Assembly: GCA_964291215.2 (NCBI GenBank)
Contig: OZ219790.1
Location: 1,952,001-2,016,000 of the forward strand
Direction of reading: 5' to 3'
From: Alphaproteobacteria bacterium
Lineage (GTDB): Bacteria; Pseudomonadota; Alphaproteobacteria; MPNO01; UBA830
DNA: 64,000 nt
Position numbers and translations under genes: made by a program. Numbering within the stretch: position 1 is the first letter of the stretch; each line of letters opens with the position of its first letter. Of the stretch, positions 10,209-19,963 are shown piece after piece. Below the pieces are notes generated by a model. That model had not been told where the DNA came from. It saw nothing but the letters and a program-made list of their open reading frames with translations, and did no database searches.

Positions 10209-11449
10209 GGTACTGTAACTTGATGTCTGGAAATTTGTCTGAGGTTTGCGCTTTGAGGCGTTTCACTGGGGGGCTAGCCCCCCAGTGAAACGCGGCGCCA
10301 TCGTGCTATCCCATGGAGTTGCAAAACCTTCATGGAGGAAGCGAATGGACCTGCGACACACTACGACGATCGGGACTGTTTTGGAACATCTGATCGCAAA
10401 CGGAGCAACGGATCTGGGGCGGATCTTTGGTCAGCTCTTCGAGCTTGCGATGCAAATCGAGCGCGAGCAGCACTTGAAAGCGGGCCACTACGAACGGACA
10501 CCGGAACGACAGGGCTATGCCAACGGCTATAAGCCCAAACGGATCGACACCCCCACTGTTGCCAAACGGTCACGGGGACGACCCCCCAGTCGCTTGAACG
10601 CGGCCAGCGATCTTCTCGCGCCGTAGCCGAGATGTACATCAAGGGTGTTTCCACACGGCAGGATGTAATGCGCGAGTTCGGGAGCCTGTCCTCTTCTCAG
10701 GTCAGCCGGGCCACCAAGTTGCTCGATGAAGAACTCGCCGCGCAACCGGCCCCTGATGGAATACCTGATCCTGGATGCGCGCTACGAAAAAGCCCGCCAT
10801 GACGGCGTTGTGCGCGATGTTGCAGTACTCTCGGCCATTGGAATAGGGGCTGCAGGCACGTTCTGGAGCTCTCTGTGGCGCTCTCCGAGGCCGAGGTCCA
10901 TTGGAGAGCCTTCCTGGAAAGCTTGCTAGCCCTGCATGGTACGACCTTCATCGTCTCGGATGCCGGGCTGAAAGCGGCACGACGCGCGGTGCTGGGCGCG
11001 GCGACGTGGCAGCGCTGCCAGTTCCACCTGGCGCAAAACGCCGTGCACCGAACAACGACATCAGGAAACGTATTGGAAAACAGCTCAGAGCCATGCGTCC
11101 TCACTCCAAACCGCCGAGGCTGAACTGGGCGCCCTCGTGGCCAGCTATCGCGACAAGCATCCAAGCTTCGCAGACTGGCTGGAAAAGAATGCGGGGCTCG
11201 CTGTCTTCACCTTGCCCGATGCTCACCGCAAACGTATGCGAACCTCGAACGGCATCGGGCGACCGATCCAGCAAGAGCTCAAGCGGCGCACCTCCAAAGT
11301 CAGGGTCTTTCCGAACCTCGCCTCGTTGGAGCGCCTCTCAACCGCAGTCCTCATCGACGAAAAATGGGAAACCGAAACCAAGGCATACATCAAATGGGAA
11401 CAGCTCGATCAGCTTCACGACAATTTCCAGACATCAGGTTGCGTAATCC
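10209..11449 (+). mobile_element. IS256-family element, copy A, degraded
   Basis: TIR GGTACTGTAACTTGATGTCTGGAAATT / GGATTACGCAACCTGATGTCTGGAAATT (rc). Transposase fragments YLILDARYEK, LSEAEVHWRAFLESL, WQRCQFHLAQNA, RMRTSNGI and RVFPN. No TSD. Confidence 0.9.
10258..10293. repeat. Perfect 36-bp palindrome in the IS256 left end
   Basis: GCGTTTCACTGGGGGGCTAGCCCCCCAGTGAAACGC, centred on CTAG. Confidence 0.9.
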
Positions 11450-13260
11450 GCGCACAACCTGCACGAACGTCTCGTGAAACACGAAAACCTGCGCTTCATA
11501 GACAACCATCGCGGTAGGGAACCGGGTTACCCCCCGCACAGAACCGGACGTGCGCTGTTCGCTCCTCCCCTGACGACAAGGCGCTGGTTTGGCCACGGAT
11601 GCTGGCTCATTGGGCAGCGGTGAGGGTGTCTATGTCCCCGGTGAAGTCCTTTTGGGAGCGTCGCCGAAGGGCACGCAGCTGTTTGCATTGGTGTATGAAC
11701 TTCTGCAGGCTGCTTCCTGGAACGGCGTAGTAGCAGCCGTTGATAACTCACCACTTGGCCGTTTCGTGCCGGTTATCGTGCCACCGCCTGCGCAAGGCCT
11801 CCTTGATCCGCCGCAGGGTGCCCGTTTGCGACCGACCCTGAACCTGCCTTTCCTCGTCTGTTCGCAGAAGTGCGTCATGCCGAGGAAGTCGAACGTCTTG
11901 CCCTGTCCACGCTTCCGGCGGTTCGCTCTGGCAAACCGACCGAACTCGATGATTTTCCGGGTGCAGTTCAAGTGGGCCAGTCTCTCCCCAAGGTCTCAGC
12001 GCCGCCCAGATGCTGAAAGCCGCACACGAAGTCGTCCGCATAATGATCGTGTCGCCTCCAGCCATCCGCTTGCGCCAGTGGTTCTGGAACCAGTCGTACG
12101 TAGTGCAGGTTCGCAAGGCATGGCGCCGCCCCTTGCGGCGTTACCTTGCCAGTCGGTCCCTTCCATGACGCCGGCGTCACTTGATGATCAGACCCCCCGA
12201 TCCGTGAGCATCGCGACCAGATGGTCGAGATTGTCGAAGGGGCGTCAACGATCCAGTTGACCTTCCGCCGTTCCACCGTGACGGCGCATGATGCGCCCCG
12301 GCCGGAAGCCGTAACTAAACCCGAGGAACTCCGTCTCGCGGCACCAGAATCACACCGCCCGCTGAAGAATCTTGTCCGAGGCAAGCGGTCGTTGCCCCTC
12401 CTTGGGTATGTAAACCCTGGAGGCGCCCGGTACGCACCCCTGTGCACACGGGCGTGCAGGCAGTTCCACACCCTCCGCGTACGCTTGCCACACAACGCCC
12501 CGCCGCCGCGTCCTTCCTCAAGGAATGGAACGCATCGTGCAGAACGTCGACCGTCACGTGGTGGAGTAAAGACGCTCTTCCGGGTTCCTCTTCGCTACCT
12601 GCGTTCAGCCGCCTGTGACCCCCGCTTCTGCGCGCGGCGCGGGCCAACCGCATTGCCCTTCCCTCCAACAACTCCGCAGGCTCCGAAGAACCCTTGTTCG
12701 CCGCCTTCAGCGGTACTATGGCCGAATCTGACTTCTCGTTCATCATCGGTTTACGGAATTTCCTCTGCGGCCCCTCCACGACAGAGGGGCAAGACCTCCC
12801 AGGTCCCTGCTTCGGCGCGTGCCCTGGTTCTCGGATCCCGCGGAGCCCCCCTCACCAACGCGGCTCGTTGCCTTCGGCCACGACCTCGGCACTCCGGTTT
12901 CAAAGCATCTCGTGGCTCAATAGCCTGCCGCTCCCCAACGCTTCGCCTCACGACGCATGGTTCACGGAGAAATTAGCCTCTCTCGGGACTTGCACCCGGC
13001 CACATTCCACCAGTTTGCCTGGCGCACCCGACGTCAGCTTCACCAACAATGCCGGAGAACAGAAGATCAGGATGGCAAAGGTCAAGGTGTCCGGATGCTT
13101 CCGCTCCACGCAAAAGCATGGTGCCAAGCTACCTCACCTCCATGGCCGCACTCGGCTACAATCATCACGTCGCAACCCAGATCGCCCTCGACGGAAAAGC
13201 CGCAGACATCATCAACGAGCACTACGACCAATCAGAACCCAACTAGGGGTGAGTAGATAC
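11450..13260 (+). mobile_element. IS66-family element, copy C (3' part only), host of a group II intron
   Basis: 11450-11507 and 13028-13260 match the 3' part of copy A almost exactly and end in GGGGTGAGTAGATAC. The 5' part is replaced by IS256 copy A. Confidence 0.9.
11508..13027 (-). mobile_element. Group II intron with degraded reverse transcriptase/maturase
   Basis: 5' end GTGCGCC (13027). 3' domain V/VI-like CACGTCCGGTTCTGTGCGGGGGG...CCCTACCGCGAT (11508). RT fragments VNWIVDA, TPQGA, LANLHYV, HYADDFVCGFQH and TFDFLGMTHFC. Removing it restores the IS66 sequence GACAACC|CCGACGTC. Confidence 0.92.
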
Positions 13261-13622
13261 CCGACTTCTTTGTTGATAGTGGATACGTCGATGTAGGTAA
13301 ACGCTGACTCTGGAACTCTCTGCTCTCTATCGCTGGTAACCTGACGCATTCTTGCCCAACACCAATTCTGGGGAACGCTGAAAGGCGAGTTTGTTACGGG
13401 GGAGAAAGTCTTTTGCCGCCTGATAGCCCTCAACTTCACCAGCCGCGCCTTCTCCGCCGCGATCCGCTTCAGCAGTTCCGATGCTGGTTCGTCCGCCGGA
13501 TCCTGCTCCGCTAGCTTCCCCCGAACGGCGAGATCAAGCACGAAGCGGCGCAAGCAGGGAACAGCTTCGGGCGCTTCGGCCACGCGGTCGTAGAGAGCAA
13601 GCAAACGCCCGGCGGGATTCAT
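13261..13622 (-). pseudogene. hsdS: Type I R-M specificity subunit, truncated by IS66 copy C
   Basis: LRRFVLDLAVRGKLAEQDPADEPASELLKRIAAEK and PFSVPQNWCW. Only about 120 codons remain before the IS end. Confidence 0.88.
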
Positions 13623-13975
13623 GCCTCCGGCGGTCCCAGCTCGTTCAGCATCGCCTGCACCACGACGCGCAGGGCCGGCAGATCGTTGCGGGCATAGTCC
13701 CAGACATCTTCGGGCACGATGCTGTCGTAGCCGTGGGCCAGAACGTTCCGGAAACCGATAATCCTGGGCAGATCGGGGATTTGATCCGCATATTCGGGAT
13801 GGCTTTTGTGCAAGCGGTTCAACGCTTCGCCGATGATTTCGAACTTGCGCTCAACCGCGGCCTGGGTGCGCCGATCCTGAAGCCAGGCGTCGCGATCCAT
13901 GTCCTCGACGAACCGCTCGATATCGGCGCCCGCCTGCTCGACATCCCACAACGGGACGCGAGGATCACGGCGCAT
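13619..13975 (-). CDS. HEPN (DUF86/HepT-like) RNase toxin
   Basis: MRRDPRVPLWD...AAVERKFEIIGEAL...IIGFRNVLAHGYD (Rx4H motif); 118 aa; overlaps the MNT gene. Confidence 0.9.
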   Translation of the reverse strand: MRRDPRVPLWDVEQAGADIERFVEDMDRDAWLQDRRTQAAVERKFEIIGEALNRLHKSHPEYADQIPDLPRIIGFRNVLAHGYDSIVPEDVWDYARNDLPALRVVVQAMLNELGPPEA

Positions 13976-14276
13976 AGACGAGCTCGCGGGACTTGTCGAT
14001 GGCCGCGCGCAGATAGGGGTTGCCGATTGCACGGGTTTCGAGCAGATCGACAGGACAGCCAAGCGCCTCCCGCAAGGCCTCGGCGAGATCGAAACGCCGG
14101 TGGAACGGCCGCAGTTCGCTGGCGGGATCGAATTCGACCAGGAAGTCGGCGTCGCTGGTGGCGGGATCGAAATCCGCGCCCCGCGCCGCCGAACCGAACA
14201 CTTCCAGCCGCACCACATCGTAGCGGCGGCACAGTTCCGCCAACTCGTCTTTCTTGTCAGCAATGGCGGGATGCAT
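13965..14276 (-). CDS. Minimal nucleotidyltransferase (MntA-like antitoxin)
   Basis: VFGSAARGADFDPATSDADFLVEF (GSx..DxD) and PVDL; RBS AGGAGG before ATG at 14276. Confidence 0.9.
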   Translation of the reverse strand: MHPAIADKKDELAELCRRYDVVRLEVFGSAARGADFDPATSDADFLVEFDPASELRPFHRRFDLAEALREALGCPVDLLETRAIGNPYLRAAIDKSRELVYAP

Positions 14277-14321
14277 GGCCAGTCCTCCTGCGCAGGCGGC
14301 AAACAATACCCTTGCCCGGCG

Positions 14322-15773
14322 TCATCGCAGCAACGCTTCCGACAGGGCAGCCTTCAGCCGGTCGCGCAACGATGCGACTTCCGCCTCGGCAGCGTTCAAC
14401 TCTGCGAGCAGCGTCTCCGGGTCGCCGAGGTCGGCACTCTCCGTGTGCGGGTTCCTGATGTCGAGATTGTAGCCGCGCGCCTCGATGTCCCCGGCGCTTA
14501 CCTTCCAGGCGCGCCTGCCTTCGGTGCGGCCCTTGCGCTCCTGTCCGCCCCACCAGGCGGAGCAGTCGTCGAGATGCTCCAGCCGGATGGGGCGCGTCAT
14601 CGAATAGGCTTTCTGCCCTTCGGGCACAAGATGTTCCCGGAACCAGACCTCCCGCGTCGGTTCGCCCTTCTCGAAGAACAGCAGGTTGGTCCCGATCGAG
14701 GCGTAGGGGCGGAAAACCGAGTTAGGCAACCGGACGACAGTGTGCAGCTTGCATTCCTTCATCAGGCTCTCCTTGAGCCGGGTCTTGACGCCCTCGCCGA
14801 ACGGCGAGCCGTCGGGCAGGACCACGGCAGCCCGGCCGCCGGGTTTCAACAGCCGGATGATGAGGGCCAGAAACAGGTCCGCGGTCTCGCGCGTCCGGAA
14901 CCGCTTCGGGAAATTGGACTCGATGCCGTCCTCTTCCTTGCCGCCGAAGGGCGGATTGGTCAGAACGATGTCCACGCGCTCGTCCCGTCCCCACGAAATC
15001 CACGGACGCGCCAGCGTGTTGTCGTGGCGCAGAAAGGACGGATCCTCGATGCCGTGCAGCAACATGTTGGTGGTCGCCAGCATGTGGGGAAGCGGCTTCT
15101 TTTCCACGGCGCGCAACGAAGCCTGCATGCGGGCCTCGTCTTCGGGGCGCCTGACGTGGCGCTCGCGCATGTGGCGGATGGCGCAGGTGAGGAATCCGCC
15201 AGTTCCGCAGGCCGGGTCGAACAGCGTCTCGCCGGGCTTCGGGTCGATCATCCGGGTCATGAAGGAGGTCACGGCGCGCGGCGTGTAGTATTCGCCCGCG
15301 TTGCCGGCCGACTGCAGGTCGTTGAGGACTTGCTCGTAGATGTCGCCGAAATGCCGGCGTTCGGCCAGATCGTTGAAGTCGACGCCGTTGATCCTGTTGA
15401 GGACCTGACGCATCAACTGGCCCGACTTCATGTAGTTCCAGGCATCCTCGAACACGGCGCGAACTACATGGGCGCGGGGGCCACTCCCCGGCGGGAGATT
15501 CTTCAGGGCCGGAAAGAGCTTCCCGTTGACGAAGTCGAGGAGTTCCTCGCCGGTAACGCCCTCCGGGTTGGCGGCCCAGGCGCGCCATTGCAGGCCGGCG
15601 GGTATTGGCGAGCGATAGCCCTCCCTGAGCTCTTCAAGTTTCTGGTCCTGATCGTCGATGATCTTGAGGAAGAACATCCAGCAGAGTTGGCCGATGCGCT
15701 GGGCGTCGCCATCCACGCCCACATCCTGGCGCATGATGTCCTGGATGGACTTCACGAGGGTGCTGACAGCCAT
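14322..15773 (-). CDS. hsdM: Type I R-M methyltransferase subunit
   Basis: GEYYTPR, FDPACGTGGFL and NPPFGG; 483 aa, uninterrupted. Confidence 0.95.
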   Translation of the reverse strand: MAVSTLVKSIQDIMRQDVGVDGDAQRIGQLCWMFFLKIIDDQDQKLEELREGYRSPIPAGLQWRAWAANPEGVTGEELLDFVNGKLFPALKNLPPGSGPRAHVVRAVFEDAWNYMKSGQLMRQVLNRINGVDFNDLAERRHFGDIYEQVLNDLQSAGNAGEYYTPRAVTSFMTRMIDPKPGETLFDPACGTGGFLTCAIRHMRERHVRRPEDEARMQASLRAVEKKPLPHMLATTNMLLHGIEDPSFLRHDNTLARPWISWGRDERVDIVLTNPPFGGKEEDGIESNFPKRFRTRETADLFLALIIRLLKPGGRAAVVLPDGSPFGEGVKTRLKESLMKECKLHTVVRLPNSVFRPYASIGTNLLFFEKGEPTREVWFREHLVPEGQKAYSMTRPIRLEHLDDCSAWWGGQERKGRTEGRRAWKVSAGDIEARGYNLDIRNPHTESADLGDPETLLAELNAAEAEVASLRDRLKAALSEALLR

Positions 15774-15775
15774 GT

Positions 15776-18190
15776 TCAGGCGGCTTCCCTGTAGAGAGAG
15801 GACTGAAGGTCGTGAACGGCCCGCTCAAAATCGGACCTTTCGCCGAATGCCCGGACCAGCTCGAGCGGAGTGCCCAGCCTGTCGATAGGCGGAATCCTCA
15901 GCACATTGGCGTCATCGAGGTTGAGCAAGCCCTCGTCGGCGTACTTGTCGAGCAGCGCATCGAGCACGGCGCGGGCGCGCTCTCCGTATTTCGAGAACAC
16001 ATCGCGCTTTCGTACCTTGTCGGCCCGCTCGCGGCGCGTCAGCGGTTTGGCGTCGAAGGCAACATGGCAGATGAGGTCGAAGGGATCGAGGTCCTTGCCC
16101 AACTCGTCGACCAGCACATCCATCGGCAGGCCTTCGGCCGCCATCTCCTCGATGATCGCCTGCTTCCGCTCGGCGGCATTCCAGCGCCTCAGGAAATGGT
16201 CGAGGCTCGCAAAGCGCCTGCGCAGGGCCTTTCTGGTGAAGTCGCGCAGCGACTCGGTCACGAGCTTGCCGTGCTCGTCGAGATACTCCACACGCTCGGC
16301 TACGACGGTCGCGTCGATACCATCGACATAGATTTTCTTTATCGGCCCGCCCCCCGGCGGGGACGGAAAGCCGGGACCGGGGCCGACTTTCTCGTCGTCG
16401 CCGGGAAGCGGGCCTCCGTCATCATCGATTGGCGGCCCGTCGGGCGGATCAATGGGATCGTTCTCCCCCGGTTCGTGGATCTGCACGGGCTCGCCGTCGA
16501 ACTCCAGATCGGCAAAATGGCTGGTGGCGCCGCGGAAGTCGATCAGCGTGAAATAGAGCTTGCCCGTGTCCTCATGTACGCGGGTGCCGCGACCGACAAT
16601 CTGCTTGAACTCGGTCATCGAACCGATATTGCGGTCGAGCACGATCAGCCGGCAGGTCTGCACATCGACGCCCGTGGAGAGCAGCCGCGAGGTGGTGACA
16701 AGCACGGGATCCCTCGATTCCGGGTCGGTGAAGCGGTCGAGTTCGGCCAGTCCCTCGACATCGCCGCCCGTGATGCGCACGACATAGCGCGGATGGCTGT
16801 CCAGCATGTCGGCGTTTTCGTTGATAAGGGCCTGACGCATGCGCGCGGCGTGTTCCCGGTCGACGCAAAAGACGATGGCCTTCTGAAAGCGGTCGCCACT
16901 TTCCTTGAGGAACTGCGTGACCTTTTGCGCCACCCGCTTCGTGCGCCCGTCGATGACCAGCGTACGGTCGAAGTCCCTGCCGTTGTAGATGCGGTCCGCG
17001 ACCGGCTCGCCGCAGCGGTCGAGCTGGCCCTTTTCCGGGCGGTAGCCTTCCACATCGCGGTCGATATGAACCTTGACCACCTTGTAGGGTGCGAGGAAGC
17101 CGTCGCGAATGCCCTGCTTCAACGAGTAGGAGAACACCGGCTCACCGAAGTAAACGATGTTGGAGGCGTATTTCGTTTCTATCGGCGTGGCGGTAAGGCC
17201 GATCTGGGTGGCGGAAGAAAAGTACTCGAGAATCTCGCGCCAGACCGAATCATCGGCAGCGCTGCCGCGATGGCATTCGTCGACAACGATCAGGTCGAAG
17301 AAACCGGGAGAGAGCTCGCGGTAAGCCTTCTGGTATTCCTCGGGGCCGGTGATTGCCTGATAGAGTCCGAGATAGATTTCGCAGGCCGTGTCGATGCGCA
17401 GGGTGCCTCCGGCGTCGCGCTGTATGGTCCTGGCTTGGGTGGACAGCTTGGCCATCGCGCCGCCGAAGGGGCGAAAGTCGTTCACCATCGTCTGGTCGAC
17501 CAGCACATTGCGGTCGGCGAGGAACAGGACGCGCTTCTTGCGTCCCGCCTTCCACAGCCGCCAGATGATCTGGAAAGCAGTGTAGGTCTTGCCTGTGCCG
17601 GTAGCCATGACGAGGAGAATGCGCGACTGCCCCCTGGCGATGGCCTCGACAGCGGCGTTGACGGCGCTGGTCTGGTAGTAGCGCGGAGTCTTGCCGCTGC
17701 CATCGTCGTGATAGTCCTGAAGGACGATGTCCTCGACCTCCGGGGCAAGGCCTTTCCAGATTCGGTAACGCGCCCAAAGGTCGGCGGGCTGCGGAAACCC
17801 GTCTAGGGCAAGGTCCGTCTCGCGCGGCGTGCTCGCGCCGGTGCGGTCGTGGAACACGAAGCCGTCGCCGTTGGACGAGAAGGCGAAGGGAACGTTCAGC
17901 GTTTCGGCGTAGCCGAGGGCCTGCTGCATGCCGTCGCCAACGCTGTGGTTGTTGTCCTTGGCCTCGATGACCGCCAGCGGGATGTTGGGCTTGACGTAGA
18001 GCACATAGTCGGCGCGCTTGGCTTGCCCGCGCGCGACCAGCTTTCCCCGAACGATGATGCGGCCTTTGGTGAAGCTCACCTCCTCGCGGATCTGCCGCAT
18101 CTCGTCCCACCCTGCCCGGCGCAGGGCGGGGGTGACGAACTTGGTGCAGATGTCGCGCTCGGAGAGGCTGCGCTTGTCCAGGGAGGTCAC
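15776..18190 (-). CDS. hsdR: Type I restriction subunit R, EcoEI/EcoAI-like
   Basis: ADYVLY..IEAK nuclease motif, MATGTGKT, VDECHRG, GLTATP, QIVGRGTR and an EcoEI-type C-terminus (DPFDLICHVAFD); 804 aa. Confidence 0.95.
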   Translation of the reverse strand: MTSLDKRSLSERDICTKFVTPALRRAGWDEMRQIREEVSFTKGRIIVRGKLVARGQAKRADYVLYVKPNIPLAVIEAKDNNHSVGDGMQQALGYAETLNVPFAFSSNGDGFVFHDRTGASTPRETDLALDGFPQPADLWARYRIWKGLAPEVEDIVLQDYHDDGSGKTPRYYQTSAVNAAVEAIARGQSRILLVMATGTGKTYTAFQIIWRLWKAGRKKRVLFLADRNVLVDQTMVNDFRPFGGAMAKLSTQARTIQRDAGGTLRIDTACEIYLGLYQAITGPEEYQKAYRELSPGFFDLIVVDECHRGSAADDSVWREILEYFSSATQIGLTATPIETKYASNIVYFGEPVFSYSLKQGIRDGFLAPYKVVKVHIDRDVEGYRPEKGQLDRCGEPVADRIYNGRDFDRTLVIDGRTKRVAQKVTQFLKESGDRFQKAIVFCVDREHAARMRQALINENADMLDSHPRYVVRITGGDVEGLAELDRFTDPESRDPVLVTTSRLLSTGVDVQTCRLIVLDRNIGSMTEFKQIVGRGTRVHEDTGKLYFTLIDFRGATSHFADLEFDGEPVQIHEPGENDPIDPPDGPPIDDDGGPLPGDDEKVGPGPGFPSPPGGGPIKKIYVDGIDATVVAERVEYLDEHGKLVTESLRDFTRKALRRRFASLDHFLRRWNAAERKQAIIEEMAAEGLPMDVLVDELGKDLDPFDLICHVAFDAKPLTRRERADKVRKRDVFSKYGERARAVLDALLDKYADEGLLNLDDANVLRIPPIDRLGTPLELVRAFGERSDFERAVHDLQSSLYREAA

Positions 18191-18212
18191 TGGCTTGCCA
18201 ACCCGATGCTAC

Positions 18213-18404
18213 TCATCGTCGTTCCTCCCGCGCGGTCGCCGCGGCCTCGGGCGCATCGAGCGACTTCAGCCGCTGGTACTCCTCAACGGAGAGCACGACG
18301 ACGACCGGCCGTCCGTGCTTGGCTACGACCACGGGTTCGACGCGGGCCAGATCGATCAACCGGCCGAAGCCGTACTTCGCATCCTTGGCGCTCAGGGTCT
18401 GCAT
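18213..18404 (-). CDS. Phd/YefM-family antitoxin-like protein (no adjacent toxin)
   Basis: MQTLSAKDAKYGFGRLIDLARVEPVVVAKHGRPVVVVLSVEEY. Confidence 0.88.
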   Translation of the reverse strand: MQTLSAKDAKYGFGRLIDLARVEPVVVAKHGRPVVVVLSVEEYQRLKSLDAPEAAATAREERR

Positions 18405-18430
18405 GGGCCTTCCCGTTGACATTCTCGCCA

Positions 18431-18451
18431 TTCTGGCCAATTTGGCCGGAA
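18431..18451. promoter_or_regulatory. Putative operator upstream of phd-hsdR
   Basis: Inverted repeat TTCTGGCCAA-T-TTGGCCGGAA (9 of 10 matching), 26 bp upstream of the phd start. Confidence 0.45.
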
Positions 18452-18587
18452 ACGCAAGAGGCAGGCGCCCGTCCGCCTTTGGGCCGCCGCTTGAAGCCCC
18501 GTGTCTTCCCGGAAGGCAACGAATTCATGAATCCTCATTTACTGCGAACCGTGTCTTGATACGTTCGGACCAGAATAAAGATTCTGA

Positions 18588-19433
18588 CTACATCGTCGGG
18601 CTGTTCATGACGACACCGATGCTCTGAAATCCTTTCACCGGGTCGAAAGACTCCAGTTCGTCCCGCTTGTCCAGAATCGGAAGCCCGACTTTCTCGGCGT
18701 CTGGAAGCGGTGCGAAAAAGTGCCGAAACCGCTTGCCTTCGAACACCAGATAGTCGTACCGCTCGCCATAAGCGGGCCCCGACAGAATTTCAAGCCGGTC
18801 GCCCTCCTTCCCCCACTCTGGCGAGTTCATACGAACTGTCAGCCAATCCCGCTGGCGCTTCCACCTTTTCCGTTGGCACCGCCAGCTGTAGGTGTGCCTC
18901 AACGCGCTTTCTGTATCTTCGTTCCGCACAATCGCTCTTATCAGACATACACATCCGTGCACAAGCTCATGCATCACATCGATGCCGACAATGGGCATTG
19001 GGCTGAGGATTTCTCCTTCTATCGGGAAGTACCGCCAAACAAGCGACCCTTTGGAACTCTCTTGAGGGCCGTCCAGATTTGCCAGAAATTCGTTGAGTGT
19101 CGAGAATGGAAATGAGCTCATGCTGGGGAAACTGTGGCGGAAGTCGTCGTAGTACGCGCACAGAACATCTCGATCTCCCCCCGGAAGTTCGGCGAACAAA
19201 ACGGATTGTGCGTGTGTCTTCCGTGGCTGCACACCGCGTGCATACAGAATCGCCTTGAAACCTTGTTCGATCAGAAAATATCCGGCAACAACGTATCCCC
19301 AACCCTGAGCCACTTCGTATTCCGGGATCAGATCTGGCGTTATCGGAGTTGCTGCATACTTTTTCCGTTCCATCTTCAGCGCTGTTTCCAACCGGGACAA
19401 AAAGCGCTTCTTGTAGGCAATCTTGCCTGTCAT
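18588..19433 (-). CDS. Hypothetical protein with HEPN-like N-terminal domain
   Basis: 281 aa intact ORF of lower GC. The pattern YFLIEQGFKAIL...KTHAQSVLFAEL...VWRYFPIE recalls the E-xx-K / H-x-L-xx-L / RY signature of HEPN proteins. Confidence 0.6.
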   Translation of the reverse strand: MTGKIAYKKRFLSRLETALKMERKKYAATPITPDLIPEYEVAQGWGYVVAGYFLIEQGFKAILYARGVQPRKTHAQSVLFAELPGGDRDVLCAYYDDFRHSFPSMSSFPFSTLNEFLANLDGPQESSKGSLVWRYFPIEGEILSPMPIVGIDVMHELVHGCVCLIRAIVRNEDTESALRHTYSWRCQRKRWKRQRDWLTVRMNSPEWGKEGDRLEILSGPAYGERYDYLVFEGKRFRHFFAPLPDAEKVGLPILDKRDELESFDPVKGFQSIGVVMNSPTM

Positions 19434-19810
19434 TGGTATGTCTCCGACTCATGTTCTATGCGATCCGGTACCAGCCGCCAGCCCTCTTCCGTGCTTTCGA
19501 CTGAGGAAAGCGTCGACATGCGTGTGGACACCAGTCTCGCCGGGCTCGCGGCGTCGATCACCGCGCCGAATCGATCCTTGATCGCGTCCACCAGTTGCGC
19601 TGGCATCATCGGAGTCCCAGTATCGCGCAGCGCCATTTGGCACAGAGCGTCGATCTCCCTGCCGGACACCGTCCGAGGCGGGGGGCGACTGAACTCTTCG
19701 TGGACCAGCAGGTACGCATTCAGCCGATCCAACTCTTCTTGCAGTTTGGCAATTTCGTCACCCAGTTTCTTGCGGCGACGCCTTACGCGATTCACGGGTG
19801 ATTCGTTCAT
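19430..19810 (-). CDS. Hypothetical protein, coiled coil plus probable winged HTH
   Basis: RRKKLGDEIAKLQEELDRLNAYL (heptad repeat), then ALRDTGTPMMPAQLVDAI...GWRLV. ATGA overlap with the downstream gene. Confidence 0.6.
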   Translation of the reverse strand: MNESPVNRVRRRRKKLGDEIAKLQEELDRLNAYLLVHEEFSRPPPRTVSGREIDALCQMALRDTGTPMMPAQLVDAIKDRFGAVIDAASPARLVSTRMSTLSSVESTEEGWRLVPDRIEHESETYQ

Positions 19811-19963
19811 TTACTGGCCCATACTATCTGCCTAGGCATTGATAGTAAGATATATATCAAGATACGTCAAGAAAATATGATTTGACATCAACTTTCATCT
19901 TGACACTCCGTTGTCAGATTGCCATTATTGATTTGGCACGACAACCATGAGGGCCCACATTTG

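Noticed and set aside
11508-13027. Retron, DGR or defence-associated reverse transcriptase
   Set aside because: A GTGCG 5' end, domain V/VI-like 3' end and precise insertion without TSD identify a group II intron.
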